Notes under the pieces: generated by a model
Database searches by the model: none
What the model saw: only the letters and a program-made list of their open reading frames with translations
What the model was told of the DNA's origin: nothing
Position numbers and translations under genes: made by a program
Assembly (NCBI GenBank): GCA_046153645.1
Contig: JBJXGI010000023.1
Location: 1-25,716 of the forward strand
Length of the DNA: 25,716 nt
Reading direction: 5' to 3'
Origin: Elusimicrobiota bacterium
GTDB taxonomy: Bacteria; Elusimicrobiota; Elusimicrobia; F11
Part shown: in pieces, positions 1-8,446 of the stretch
Numbering within the stretch: position 1 is the first letter of the stretch
How the letters are laid out: the number at the start of each line of letters is the position of its first letter

Positions 1-1
1 T

Positions 2-451
2 AGATCTCGAAAACTCTGGGGACGGCTTTCAAGTGAAGAAGAAAAAGCAGTAGAAGAAGCTTGTGAGAAAACATCGCTGGGCGCTATTTCAGATAAACTA
101 TTTACTGATTGTTCTGGTGGACAAAAACAAAGAGCGCGCTTAGCCCAAGCCTTGGCACAACAACCAGACGTTTTAGTTTTAGATGAACCCACCACCGGCC
201 TTGACGTTAATATCGAAAGAGATTTTCTTTTACTCGTCAAAAGTCTTCAGAAAAAAGAAAACTTAACCATTCTTTTTGTGACTCACACCATTCATATTCC
301 ACTTTATTTCGCCGATGACACATTTATCCTTCGAGAGGGACAATTAACATCTCTCACCAATAAAGAATTGCAAGATCCTTACACATTAGAGAAATACTAT
401 GGCGCTCCTCTTAATTATCAAAAATTAGCCCAAACACCTCACCATGATTGA
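2..451 (+). CDS. Metal (Zn/Mn) ABC transporter ATP-binding subunit, 5'-truncated by the window edge
   Basis: The frame is open from base 2: RSRKLWGRLS...DCSGGQKQRARLAQALAQQPDVLVLDEPTTGLD...ILFVTH. This gives the ABC signature, Walker B and H-loop. It overlaps the downstream permease. The ORF-track start at 152 is internal. Confidence 0.9.
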   Translation, partial: RSRKLWGRLSSEEEKAVEEACEKTSLGAISDKLFTDCSGGQKQRARLAQALAQQPDVLVLDEPTTGLDVNIERDFLLLVKSLQKKENLTILFVTHTIHIPLYFADDTFILREGQLTSLTNKELQDPYTLEKYYGAPLNYQKLAQTPHHD

Positions 452-1277
452 TTTTTTTAACCTTCCCTTTATACAAACATCTCTCACCGCTAGTCTTTTT
501 GCCGGTATGGCGCTCAGTCTCCTGGGCTTTTTTATTGTGATGAAACGACTTTCTATTTCGGGGCTTGCTGTTTCTCAAATGTCGGCACTGGGAACAGTCC
601 TCGGAATTTTAATTGGCAACCTATTATCGGTTGAGTTTCACCACATTTCTTTTGCCCCTGCCTTTTTGGCTGTTTTGGGCTCTTTTTCTCTCCTCTCTAT
701 TTTGACCAGAGTTAAACGCATCTCATCAGAAATTTGGGTTTCCCTTTTTTATGTTTTAGGGGCGGCTATTTCTATTTTGATTTTATCCAAAGCGCCATGG
801 GGAGAAGCTCACACACTTAATATCTTTTTTGGAAATGTGTTAACGCTGGGAAAAATAGAAGTCGTCGAATCAATTATTTTATTTCTTATGACCGTTCTTA
901 TCTTAGGAAGTTGGTTCAGACGGTGGACCTACATTTCTTTTGACGCTCAGGCAGCTGAAGTATCGGGAATAAAAATAAAACTTTGGGATATTGGTTTCTA
1001 CGCGCTTTTTTCTTTTGCGATGACGCTTTCTATACATCTTTTTGGTGTGTTTCTGGCTTTTGCCTATCTTATTTTGCCAACGGGTATTGCCCTGTTACTT
1101 TTTAAAAAATTGCGCGCCGTTCTTCTTTTTATTCCCACGGTTACTTTTCTTACCACCCTTCTCGGTTTCATGGTTTCTTTTTTCCAGGATTTTCCAACGG
1201 GCCCCATGATCGCCTCATTTTTAGCAGGGATTACAGTGATAGCTGGAATCTTTTATCTTACAATTCACAAAAATTAA
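444..1277 (+). CDS. Metal ABC transporter permease (ZnuB/MntB, ABC-3 family)
   Basis: Hydrophobic 277 aa protein with family-type motifs (LGFFIVMKRLS, FFGNVL, SFDAQAAEVSG, DFPTGPMI). It is coupled to the ATPase. Confidence 0.88.
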   Translation: MIDFFNLPFIQTSLTASLFAGMALSLLGFFIVMKRLSISGLAVSQMSALGTVLGILIGNLLSVEFHHISFAPAFLAVLGSFSLLSILTRVKRISSEIWVSLFYVLGAAISILILSKAPWGEAHTLNIFFGNVLTLGKIEVVESIILFLMTVLILGSWFRRWTYISFDAQAAEVSGIKIKLWDIGFYALFSFAMTLSIHLFGVFLAFAYLILPTGIALLLFKKLRAVLLFIPTVTFLTTLLGFMVSFFQDFPTGPMIASFLAGITVIAGIFYLTIHKN

Positions 1278-1627
1278 AGTGATCTTCGATGACGGCGGTC
1301 TTTTTGTCGGCGGATTCGGTTTTGTTCTTTTAAGCGAGGGGAAGTTTCGGGAGAAATTTTAAGTTCTATCTCATCAACCAATTCACGAAGCGCTAAAAAC
1401 CGGTTCACACTTCTTTCTCGTTCGCGTTGCATTTTCACTATAATTCCGAGCGGTTTATAAACAAGCATCACCGCACTTGCAGTCTTATTAATTTTTTGAC
1501 CGCCTTTTCCGGATCCTCTAACAAACGACTCTTCAATGTCACTTGGGTTAATTTTTAAGGTTTTTATTTTTTCAAGAAGAGCCAAACGTTTGCCTTCAGA
1601 CACAACAGACAATTCATTTAAATTCAT
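1274..1627 (-). CDS. GGQ-motif peptidyl-tRNA hydrolase / release-factor-like ribosome rescue protein (ArfB/YaeJ or C12orf65-like)
   Basis: IEESFVRGSGKGGQKINKTASAV matches RF domain 3 with GGQ. It has no codon-recognition domains and ends in an Arg-rich tail (RIRRQKDRRHRRSL). Confidence 0.88.
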   Translation of the reverse strand: MNLNELSVVSEGKRLALLEKIKTLKINPSDIEESFVRGSGKGGQKINKTASAVMLVYKPLGIIVKMQRERERSVNRFLALRELVDEIELKISPETSPRLKEQNRIRRQKDRRHRRSL

Positions 1628-1630
1628 GGT

Positions 1631-2155
1631 TTATCTCTCAAGTAAATCAACAGCGTAGGAGTGATTGTTAATCACCAAATTAAATGATTTTTCATGGGCT
1701 TCGCCAAAAATCTCTATTTTCTCTTCTAACGCTTTTAACCATTCATTAAAACGCCCTTCTGGCCAAGTCCAGATTTCTATTCGGGCCCCATGCCGGGTTT
1801 CTTCCGTTAATGTTTTTCGTAAGCGCTCAGATTCTCGGATTTCTTTTTTAAGAACAATGAGGCGCATTTGTCCAAACCGACGCGATAATTTATCAAGTTT
1901 GTTCAGTGATACTTCTCCGCATTCAATCCAAATGGCAATTTCCCCTGCTTCATTTAAAATAAAAACATCTGGTTTAACATCTAAGTCATATAAGGCGGGA
2001 TGATCGGACGATGGTTCGACAACAGGAGAAAACAGATGAAACATAGTCACAGCAGCCAGTTTAAGCCCCAAATGATCTAATTTTTCTTCAGATTTTGGGA
2101 CCAAAATAACTTTGAGTGGAGTTTCACTTAAATGGAGTTCACAGCGTAGTTTCAT
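1631..2155 (-). CDS. YaeQ family protein
   Basis: Motifs PKSEEKLDHLGLKL, KPDVF...GEIAIWIECG and KLDKLSRR resemble YaeQ. The likely start is MKLRC at 2155; the longer N-terminus in the ORF track looks non-coding. It lies immediately upstream of the GGQ gene. Confidence 0.75.
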   Translation of the reverse strand: MKLRCELHLSETPLKVILVPKSEEKLDHLGLKLAAVTMFHLFSPVVEPSSDHPALYDLDVKPDVFILNEAGEIAIWIECGEVSLNKLDKLSRRFGQMRLIVLKKEIRESERLRKTLTEETRHGARIEIWTWPEGRFNEWLKALEEKIEIFGEAHEKSFNLVINNHSYAVDLLER

Positions 2156-2262
2156 ATGGACCAACAGTGGCATCAATATAACAAACTTGAGGTCGGTCCA
2201 AATAATTAATTTTATTCGAGCGTTTGGCGGTTGTTTTAATGAAATTACTTCCTTCATTCCAA

Positions 2263-2291
2263 TTGATAATTTTAATAGCTTGTATTACAAT
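2263..2291 (+). promoter_or_regulatory. Sigma70 promoter of the TA operon with an overlapping palindromic operator
   Basis: TTGATA (2263-2268), 17 bp spacer, TACAAT (2286-2291). The palindrome TTGTA-T-TACAA (2280-2290) overlaps the -10. RBS AGGAGG is at 2311-2316. Confidence 0.7.
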
Positions 2292-2320
2292 TACATCACG
2301 ATGAAACAAAAGGAGGAAAA

Positions 2321-2542
2321 ATGAATTCATTAACTAGCATTAGACTTTCCAATGACCTTCGAAAAAAATTGAAAAACCGAGCCCAATTAGAACATCGTTC
2401 ACTTAGCAACCAAATCGAAATGATTTTGCGCTTTTCTATAGTGGCCGAAGAAAATCCAGAGCTTCCTTATCAATTTGTCAAAGATATCCTGCGCGCTCAA
2501 GCGGAAAAAGAAATGGGTTTGGCTAAACCATTTAAACTCTAA
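2321..2542 (+). CDS. Ribbon-helix-helix antitoxin (ParD-like/CopG-Arc type)
   Basis: N-terminal TSIRLSNDLRKKLKNRAQLEHRSLSNQIE fits the RHH pattern. It has a strong RBS and a TAATG stop/start overlap with the toxin. Confidence 0.85.
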   Translation: MNSLTSIRLSNDLRKKLKNRAQLEHRSLSNQIEMILRFSIVAEENPELPYQFVKDILRAQAEKEMGLAKPFKL

Positions 2543-2829
2543 TGACATGGGAGATCAAATCTCTTCCTCGATTCGATAAACAATTTAAACGGTTTTATCT
2601 TAAAGAACAAGAGATTATTCGTGAAGAGATTAAAAAAATCCAAAAAGATCCGCTGGCAGGTGAAAGAAAAAAAGGAGCCCTATCCAAAGTATCTGTTCAT
2701 AAATTCAAAATCCATCAGCAACTTTATCTCTTGGCTTACGAGTTGGATTCCAAAAGAAAAATTATTTATCTCTATGCCTTAGCCACTCACGAAAACTTTT
2801 ATGCTGATTTACAAAAATATCTCCATTAA
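2542..2829 (+). CDS. Type II TA toxin, RelE/ParE superfamily
   Basis: Basic 95 aa protein with PRFDKQFKR, DPLAGERKKGAL, VHKFK, LLAY and HENFY. It is translationally coupled to the antitoxin. Confidence 0.88.
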   Translation: MTWEIKSLPRFDKQFKRFYLKEQEIIREEIKKIQKDPLAGERKKGALSKVSVHKFKIHQQLYLLAYELDSKRKIIYLYALATHENFYADLQKYLH

Positions 2830-2903
2830 AAATATTTTTTACGCCACCACCAACACTTTCCGAAAAAAATAAATCTAAAAATCAGATTGACTTTTAAAGG
2901 TGA

Positions 2904-3701
2904 TTAGTACCCACGTGTGGTCAAATCAGGAATAAAAGAAAAGTTTTTGATTCGCTCGATTCCAGTTTTTATTTTTCCATCTGGGTGTAATTCTAACCAA
3001 CGATAACCCGGAGCCAGCGTATCAACAGAAAAATTCTTTCCGCGCGGCAAGAACTGGACACATGTAGAAGGGGTTGACATGAGTTTGAGTTCGTTTTTTT
3101 CACCGTCATATTGCTGGTGTACATGTCCCCAAAGCACCGCTTTTACGTTTTCATATGGAACAATGAGCTGAAAAAACTGATCGCCATTGTTAACCATCAT
3201 TGTATCTAACCACTGCGAACTCATGGGAATGGGATTATGATGGAAAGTGATAAGAATATTTTTCTGAGTTTCTTTTTCCAGCTCTTTTTTCAGAAGGCCC
3301 AATTCAGCATTGCTTAGATTTCCCGCGTTACTTTTGGGAATCACCGAAGACAAAAGAATTATTTTCCAGCATTCTAAATCAATTGTTTTATCTAAACGGA
3401 TAACATCGGATTCCAAATGATTCTTCATCATTTTGGCTTCGTCATGATTTCCTGGCAAACAATAAACTTGTTTCCCCAAAGATGAAAACACGTTTTTTAA
3501 ACGAGAATATGATTCAGGGGTTTCATCTTGCGACAAATCACCCGTGGCCAAATAAAAATCAGGTGTAAATGTTTGAGATTCGGCATGAGAGATAACAGCA
3601 TCAAGAGAATCAGTGGTGTTAACGCCACATAATTTTTTGGAAGGATCCGAAAAAAAATGCGTATCGGTTAATTGAATAAGGCGAACAATATTAGAATTCA
3701 T
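2904..3701 (-). CDS. cpdA: 3',5'-cyclic-AMP phosphodiesterase (metallophosphoesterase)
   Basis: Motifs DTH, TGDLSQD, PGNHD, HHNP, WGHVHQ and TPSTCVQF, with C-terminal F-x-PD...GY. Confidence 0.9.
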   Translation of the reverse strand: MNSNIVRLIQLTDTHFFSDPSKKLCGVNTTDSLDAVISHAESQTFTPDFYLATGDLSQDETPESYSRLKNVFSSLGKQVYCLPGNHDEAKMMKNHLESDVIRLDKTIDLECWKIILLSSVIPKSNAGNLSNAELGLLKKELEKETQKNILITFHHNPIPMSSQWLDTMMVNNGDQFFQLIVPYENVKAVLWGHVHQQYDGEKNELKLMSTPSTCVQFLPRGKNFSVDTLAPGYRWLELHPDGKIKTGIERIKNFSFIPDLTTRGY

Positions 3702-3734
3702 TCTGATCTTTTTCTCTCAAATAACAAGCCTAGT

Positions 3735-6164
3735 TTAAATATTGAGCGAGAGCCTTTCGCTAATTGAGTTAAACAATTTTAACCACTGATGAGAAGAGTT
3801 TTCTCCTCCGTCTTTGGAACGTTCAAGAATCTGAGGGTAAATATTCCTACGCAACTCATAAAAACTATTTTGCATCTTCCATAGTTTTACTTCAAAAGGA
3901 GGTGTGAGAGCCAATTGAACTGTCCTATCAAGAGAAATTAATAGCTCAATATCTTCTGGATCAGTCCACAACTGTTCTAAACTTTGAGAAATATTTTTTT
4001 CCAAAACATAAGAAAGCCCTGGTATATCAAGAATGAGACGAGCGTCCTTGGCTTCAGAAAGAAGTCCCGCCACTCTTTCAAAATCTATATCACCCGTTTC
4101 AAATTGCCTTCGTAACTGCGCATTAACAGAAAGCTCTGCTGCGGCTTGTAATGGCTTGGGTGCAGGAACACGTAAACTAGCCAAGAACCGCATGAGAGGG
4201 CCATTGTCTTCATAAACATGCTCAAGTGAACCCTCCGCTTCAATGACCGCGTCTTCTAAAATAAAGCTGAGAATTCGACGTTGGTCGTCTCGAAACAAAG
4301 TTTTAAGTGAATAAATTGAATTCCCGAAAACACGGTCCATGACGCGTAACGTATCTGGAAAATCTCCTTTTTTAAAAGAACCAGAAATTTCGTCAATAAG
4401 GTTATTATGGTCTTCAAGGGATTTAAATTCTCTAACACCTGCAATTAAATTATGGTCTCCCAAATGCAAAACCATGAAACTAGACTTTAAGTTTTCCAAG
4501 GTCATTTCTGAAGTAAGAGAAATAATTCCAGCAACCAAACGCGCTTTTCCCGAAATAAAATTTTTATATTCCTCATAGGAAACGTCATAACAATAGTTAG
4601 CCGTGATTTCACTGCCCCCGTCAAAAAGCGAACTAATCGCATAATGCGCTGAAATAGCGGGCAGATTAACCGCAGATGGTTTTACTAATTTCTCGTAAAC
4701 TGCTTTTCCATCACCAAAATCTGGAACATTACTTTTCGCCAAGGCCAATTGATTTAAAAACTCTTCTTCTAAATCAACATGAAGAGCTTCCTTTAAAAGA
4801 GCGAGCGCACGAGCCGCATACTGAATGACTTGCACTGTTTCAATGCCAGACAAATCATCAAAAAACCATCCACAACTTGTGTACATGAGAAGCAATTGGC
4901 GCTGAATTTCAAGTATTTTAAGCGCTTTTATTGTTTCTTCTCTTGATAACGCCCGAACCTCATGCTTGGCCATAAAACCTAAAATTCTCTCTGGCGACCT
5001 GTCTAATATAACTTCAATAAAATCGAGACGGGCTTTCCATGGATCTTTTAAGAGTTGACGACCTTCATTTTCAAATAAAACCGAAACCGAGTCTCGTAAC
5101 CAATCAAAAGCATTTCTTAAGGGCCCTCTCCATTCTTGGTTCCATCCTGGTTTACCGCCATTACACCCACAATTGGATTTCCAACGTTCCACCCCATGCA
5201 GGCAACTCCAAGAACTTCTTTCAAAAATTTCAACTTCATGGGTTGCTGGAAATAAACTTAAAAATTCTCCGTAATTGGTCAAATGAATTTCACTTTTATT
5301 TTCAATTTCTTTAATCGCATATGCCAGAGCCATGTCGCCGTACCTGTGGTGATGACCATAAGTTTCTCCATCCGTAGCGATATGAACCAATTGATCCCAA
5401 GGGCGCTTATCAGAAAATGCCCCTTTTAGACGATCGACAAGAAAGTCACCTTTATCAAGAAGTCTCTCAAATGCAATGGCTCGAGAAACGGGGCCATCAT
5501 AAAAGAAAAGGTTCATCCGACGACCGGAAGGAAGCGCAATTTCATAGCCTGTTGTGGGATCAATTCCCCCGCCATTTATTTCTTCCCAGGCTCCTGAATT
5601 AAATGGCCTCAAACGGCGGGCTTGATGAGGGGCTAAAATAGTAAAACGAATTCCATTGTTCGCCATTAAATCCAATGACTCTAGATCAACAGCTGTTTCG
5701 GCTAACCACATTCCTTCAGGCTTTCGTCCAAAACGATGCTCAAAATCTTTAATTCCCCAGATAATTTGTGTTTCTTTATCAGCGCGATTGGCCAAGGGCA
5801 TAATCACGTGATTATAGACTTGAGCCATTGCCGATCCATGTCCTGAAAATTTTTCTTGGCTTAATCGGTCAGCTTCTAAAATTGATTGGTAAGTACTAGG
5901 AGAATAGATTTCAAGCCAGCTTAAAAGAGTGGGACCAAAATTAAAACTTATCGATGAATAATTATTCGCGATTTCAACAATTTTTTTCTGGTCATTTAAT
6001 ATTCGAGACGTGCCGTTGGGGGCATAACATTCCGCATCAATGCGTTCGTTCCAATCGTGGTAGGGATAAGCGGAATCTTGTAACTCAATTCCTTCTAACC
6101 AAGGATTTTCACGGGGAGGTTGATAAAAATGACCATGAATACAAATGTACTTACCCGGACTCAT
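3735..6164 (-). CDS. Glycoside hydrolase family 57 protein with C-terminal DUF3536-type region
   Basis: Motifs IHGHFYQPPRENPW, SFNFGPTLLSW, GMWLAETAVD, ATDGETYGHH, SWSCLHGVERW and MYTSCGWFFD. Confidence 0.92.
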   Translation of the reverse strand: MSPGKYICIHGHFYQPPRENPWLEGIELQDSAYPYHDWNERIDAECYAPNGTSRILNDQKKIVEIANNYSSISFNFGPTLLSWLEIYSPSTYQSILEADRLSQEKFSGHGSAMAQVYNHVIMPLANRADKETQIIWGIKDFEHRFGRKPEGMWLAETAVDLESLDLMANNGIRFTILAPHQARRLRPFNSGAWEEINGGGIDPTTGYEIALPSGRRMNLFFYDGPVSRAIAFERLLDKGDFLVDRLKGAFSDKRPWDQLVHIATDGETYGHHHRYGDMALAYAIKEIENKSEIHLTNYGEFLSLFPATHEVEIFERSSWSCLHGVERWKSNCGCNGGKPGWNQEWRGPLRNAFDWLRDSVSVLFENEGRQLLKDPWKARLDFIEVILDRSPERILGFMAKHEVRALSREETIKALKILEIQRQLLLMYTSCGWFFDDLSGIETVQVIQYAARALALLKEALHVDLEEEFLNQLALAKSNVPDFGDGKAVYEKLVKPSAVNLPAISAHYAISSLFDGGSEITANYCYDVSYEEYKNFISGKARLVAGIISLTSEMTLENLKSSFMVLHLGDHNLIAGVREFKSLEDHNNLIDEISGSFKKGDFPDTLRVMDRVFGNSIYSLKTLFRDDQRRILSFILEDAVIEAEGSLEHVYEDNGPLMRFLASLRVPAPKPLQAAAELSVNAQLRRQFETGDIDFERVAGLLSEAKDARLILDIPGLSYVLEKNISQSLEQLWTDPEDIELLISLDRTVQLALTPPFEVKLWKMQNSFYELRRNIYPQILERSKDGGENSSHQWLKLFNSISERLSLNI

Positions 6165-6220
6165 AAAGATACTTTAATAGAGAGACAATACAGGCGCAAT
6201 AGCATCTTTTTGATAATGAC

Positions 6221-6272
6221 TTGTCATTCCGCTGCCAAATAGCGCGCTGATGGAGAGTTTCGAGAATGACAA
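6221..6272. repeat. Palindromic REP/RPE-like element (TTGTCATTC...GAATGACAA) overlapping the malQ 3' end
   Basis: Perfect 9-bp inverted arms at 6221-6229 and 6264-6272. A further AATGAC at 6215-6220 is inverted to GTCATT at 6223-6228. Confidence 0.6.
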
Positions 6273-7771
6273 ATGGTTAATTTAAGCAGCTTTTGTGCCA
6301 AATGAGTTTTCAACTCTTTCATTTGCATGGCCGTTAACCTCCAACTCCAATTCCCTGAAGCTGAACCTGGTACATTCATTCGAGCTGTCTCCCCTAAACC
6401 TAAAAGATCTTGAGCCGGAATAATACTCCATTTGGCTGGGGAAGCCTGTGCCATTTCAATTAAACTCCAATGAAAATCTCCGGGCTGACAATTTAATTGT
6501 TTTAAGGCCGTGCTTCTTTCTTCATCATACCCATCCATACGAAGTCCTTCTTTAAGCCAACCTTGACTGGTGTTATTGTCATGAGTTCCGGTATAAATAA
6601 CGTTATTCTCAGTGATACGATTTATTTGATGCGGGTTTTTTCTTTCGGGATCTAGAAACCCAAACTGCAATACCTTCATACCAGGGAATTTAAATTTATC
6701 ACGCAGTAAAACGACTTCTTCTGTCACCGCACCTAAATCTTCGGCAATAAAGGGTAGACGCTTTAGTTCTTTCTTTAAAACTTGAAAAAAATCTTCAGAG
6801 GGCCCCAATAACCATTCACCAAACTCGGCGGTCTTATTTTCTAAGGGAATACTCCAGTAGCGATAAAAACCGATAAAGTGATCCAATCTCAAAATATCAA
6901 CGAATGTGAGCGCTTGTTTTATTCTTTCAACCCACCAAAAGTATTTTTTCTCTTTTAAAACATCCCATAAATAAAGTGGGTTCCCCCATCTTTGTCCGGT
7001 CGGGCTAAAATAATCAGGGGGGCATCCCGCCACTCGAATGGGTTTCTTATCATTCCCTAACCAGAACAAATGTTGATACGCCCAAACGTCGCTGCTATCG
7101 AAATCGACAAAAATAGGAAGATCCCCAATCATTCGGATGTTCTTTTGTTCAGCGTAACACTTCAACTCATTCCACTGCTGAAAAAATAAGAATTGAGTGA
7201 ATTGATGATATAGACTTTCCTTAAAATAATTTTTACTTATTTCTTCAAGAGCCGATGAATCTCTTTTTCTTAATAAATCAGGCCATTGATCCCACTGCGC
7301 TTTATTCTCATTTTTTTTGATAACTAAAAACAAAGAATAATCTTGCAACCAAAACGCATTCAGTTTTTGAAATTGACGGAAACTTTTTTTTTCAAATCCA
7401 TTATTTTCAAACCATTTTGAAAAAGCTTTCAGAAAAAGATCTTCTTTAAATTTTTTAACTTCATCAAATTGAGCATTTTCAGAATTTAAAGGGGCCTCTT
7501 TAATATCGGAAGACTCTAAATAACCAGCAGAAATTAATTTATCTAAATTTATAAAAAGTGGGTTTGAGGCAAAAGCGGAATAAGATTGGTAAGGAGAATG
7601 ATACTTGCCCGTTGGAGCAAGAGGAAGAATCTGCCAAAACGACTGCCCAGAGGCATTAAGAAAATCAATAAATTCAAAAGAAGCAGGACCTAAATCCCCT
7701 ATGCCATGCCCCCCTGGGAGAGAGGAAATATGTAAAAGAATCCCGCTTTTACGATTTAACGCAGGAGGCAC
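6224..7771 (-). CDS. malQ: 4-alpha-glucanotransferase (amylomaltase, GH77)
   Basis: Motifs SGILLHISSLPG, WQILPL, GDLPIFV, PPDYFSPTGQRWGNPLY, LRLDHFIGF, IAEDLG, YTGTHDN and MNVPG...NWSWR. GTG start. Confidence 0.95.
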   Translation of the reverse strand: MPPALNRKSGILLHISSLPGGHGIGDLGPASFEFIDFLNASGQSFWQILPLAPTGKYHSPYQSYSAFASNPLFINLDKLISAGYLESSDIKEAPLNSENAQFDEVKKFKEDLFLKAFSKWFENNGFEKKSFRQFQKLNAFWLQDYSLFLVIKKNENKAQWDQWPDLLRKRDSSALEEISKNYFKESLYHQFTQFLFFQQWNELKCYAEQKNIRMIGDLPIFVDFDSSDVWAYQHLFWLGNDKKPIRVAGCPPDYFSPTGQRWGNPLYLWDVLKEKKYFWWVERIKQALTFVDILRLDHFIGFYRYWSIPLENKTAEFGEWLLGPSEDFFQVLKKELKRLPFIAEDLGAVTEEVVLLRDKFKFPGMKVLQFGFLDPERKNPHQINRITENNVIYTGTHDNNTSQGWLKEGLRMDGYDEERSTALKQLNCQPGDFHWSLIEMAQASPAKWSIIPAQDLLGLGETARMNVPGSASGNWSWRLTAMQMKELKTHLAQKLLKLTICHSRNSPSARYLAAE

Positions 7772-8314
7772 TTATTTTTTCTTACTTTTTTTCTTAAACC
7801 GAGCCACACAATCTTTCACTTCAGAAACCCCTTCTGTGGCCGGTCCCCACCCTTTCGCCTCAACTGAAACGCCTTCGAGTTGTTTATAAGTAGAAAAGAA
7901 ATGTTCAACTTCTCTTAAAAAATGAGTGGGAACATCATCTAATTCTTTATAACTAGAAAACAAGGGATCAAAATGCGGAACACCTAAAAGTTTGAAATCA
8001 TTCTGATGATTATCTTTCATTCTAAAAAGACCAATCACACGCGTTTCAATAAGACAGCCGCTAAATGTCGGCTCGTTGACCATCACCAAAATATCAAGAG
8101 GGTCACCATCTTCCGCTAATGTTTGAGGAATAAAACCGTAATCCCCTGGATAATGACTAGAGGTATATAAATATCGATCAAGACGAATAAGACCAGTTTC
8201 TTTATCTACCTCAAATTTATTTCGCCGTCCCTTAGGAATTTCAATGATGGCATTAACAACCCTGGGAATATCACTGCCTGCTGGTACTGACATAAAATTA
8301 TTTTTTGAATTCAT
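7772..8314 (-). CDS. ppa: Family I inorganic pyrophosphatase
   Basis: Motifs IEIPKG, RLDR, YPGDYGFIPQTLAEDGDPLD and HFFSTYK. AAAGGA lies upstream of the ATG at 8314. Confidence 0.95.
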   Translation of the reverse strand: MNSKNNFMSVPAGSDIPRVVNAIIEIPKGRRNKFEVDKETGLIRLDRYLYTSSHYPGDYGFIPQTLAEDGDPLDILVMVNEPTFSGCLIETRVIGLFRMKDNHQNDFKLLGVPHFDPLFSSYKELDDVPTHFLREVEHFFSTYKQLEGVSVEAKGWGPATEGVSEVKDCVARFKKKSKKK

Positions 8315-8446
8315 AATTATCCTTTGAAATTCTATTAATTGAATGAGATTCTACCTTATGTTTATTTCAACGAAAACAATACGAATGGATAAAAAGGAAA
8401 ATTATATTATCAACTCTCATATAACAAACATGGGGAGATAGAACTT

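Noticed and set aside
2156..2330. Short ORFs 2112-2324 (+) and 2139-2330 (-), the N-terminal extension of the YaeQ ORF to 2257, and a mini-ORF MKQKEEK at 2301-2324
   Set aside because: They overlap promoter, operator and RBS sequence and have no RBS or recognisable motif. They are best explained as intergenic DNA.
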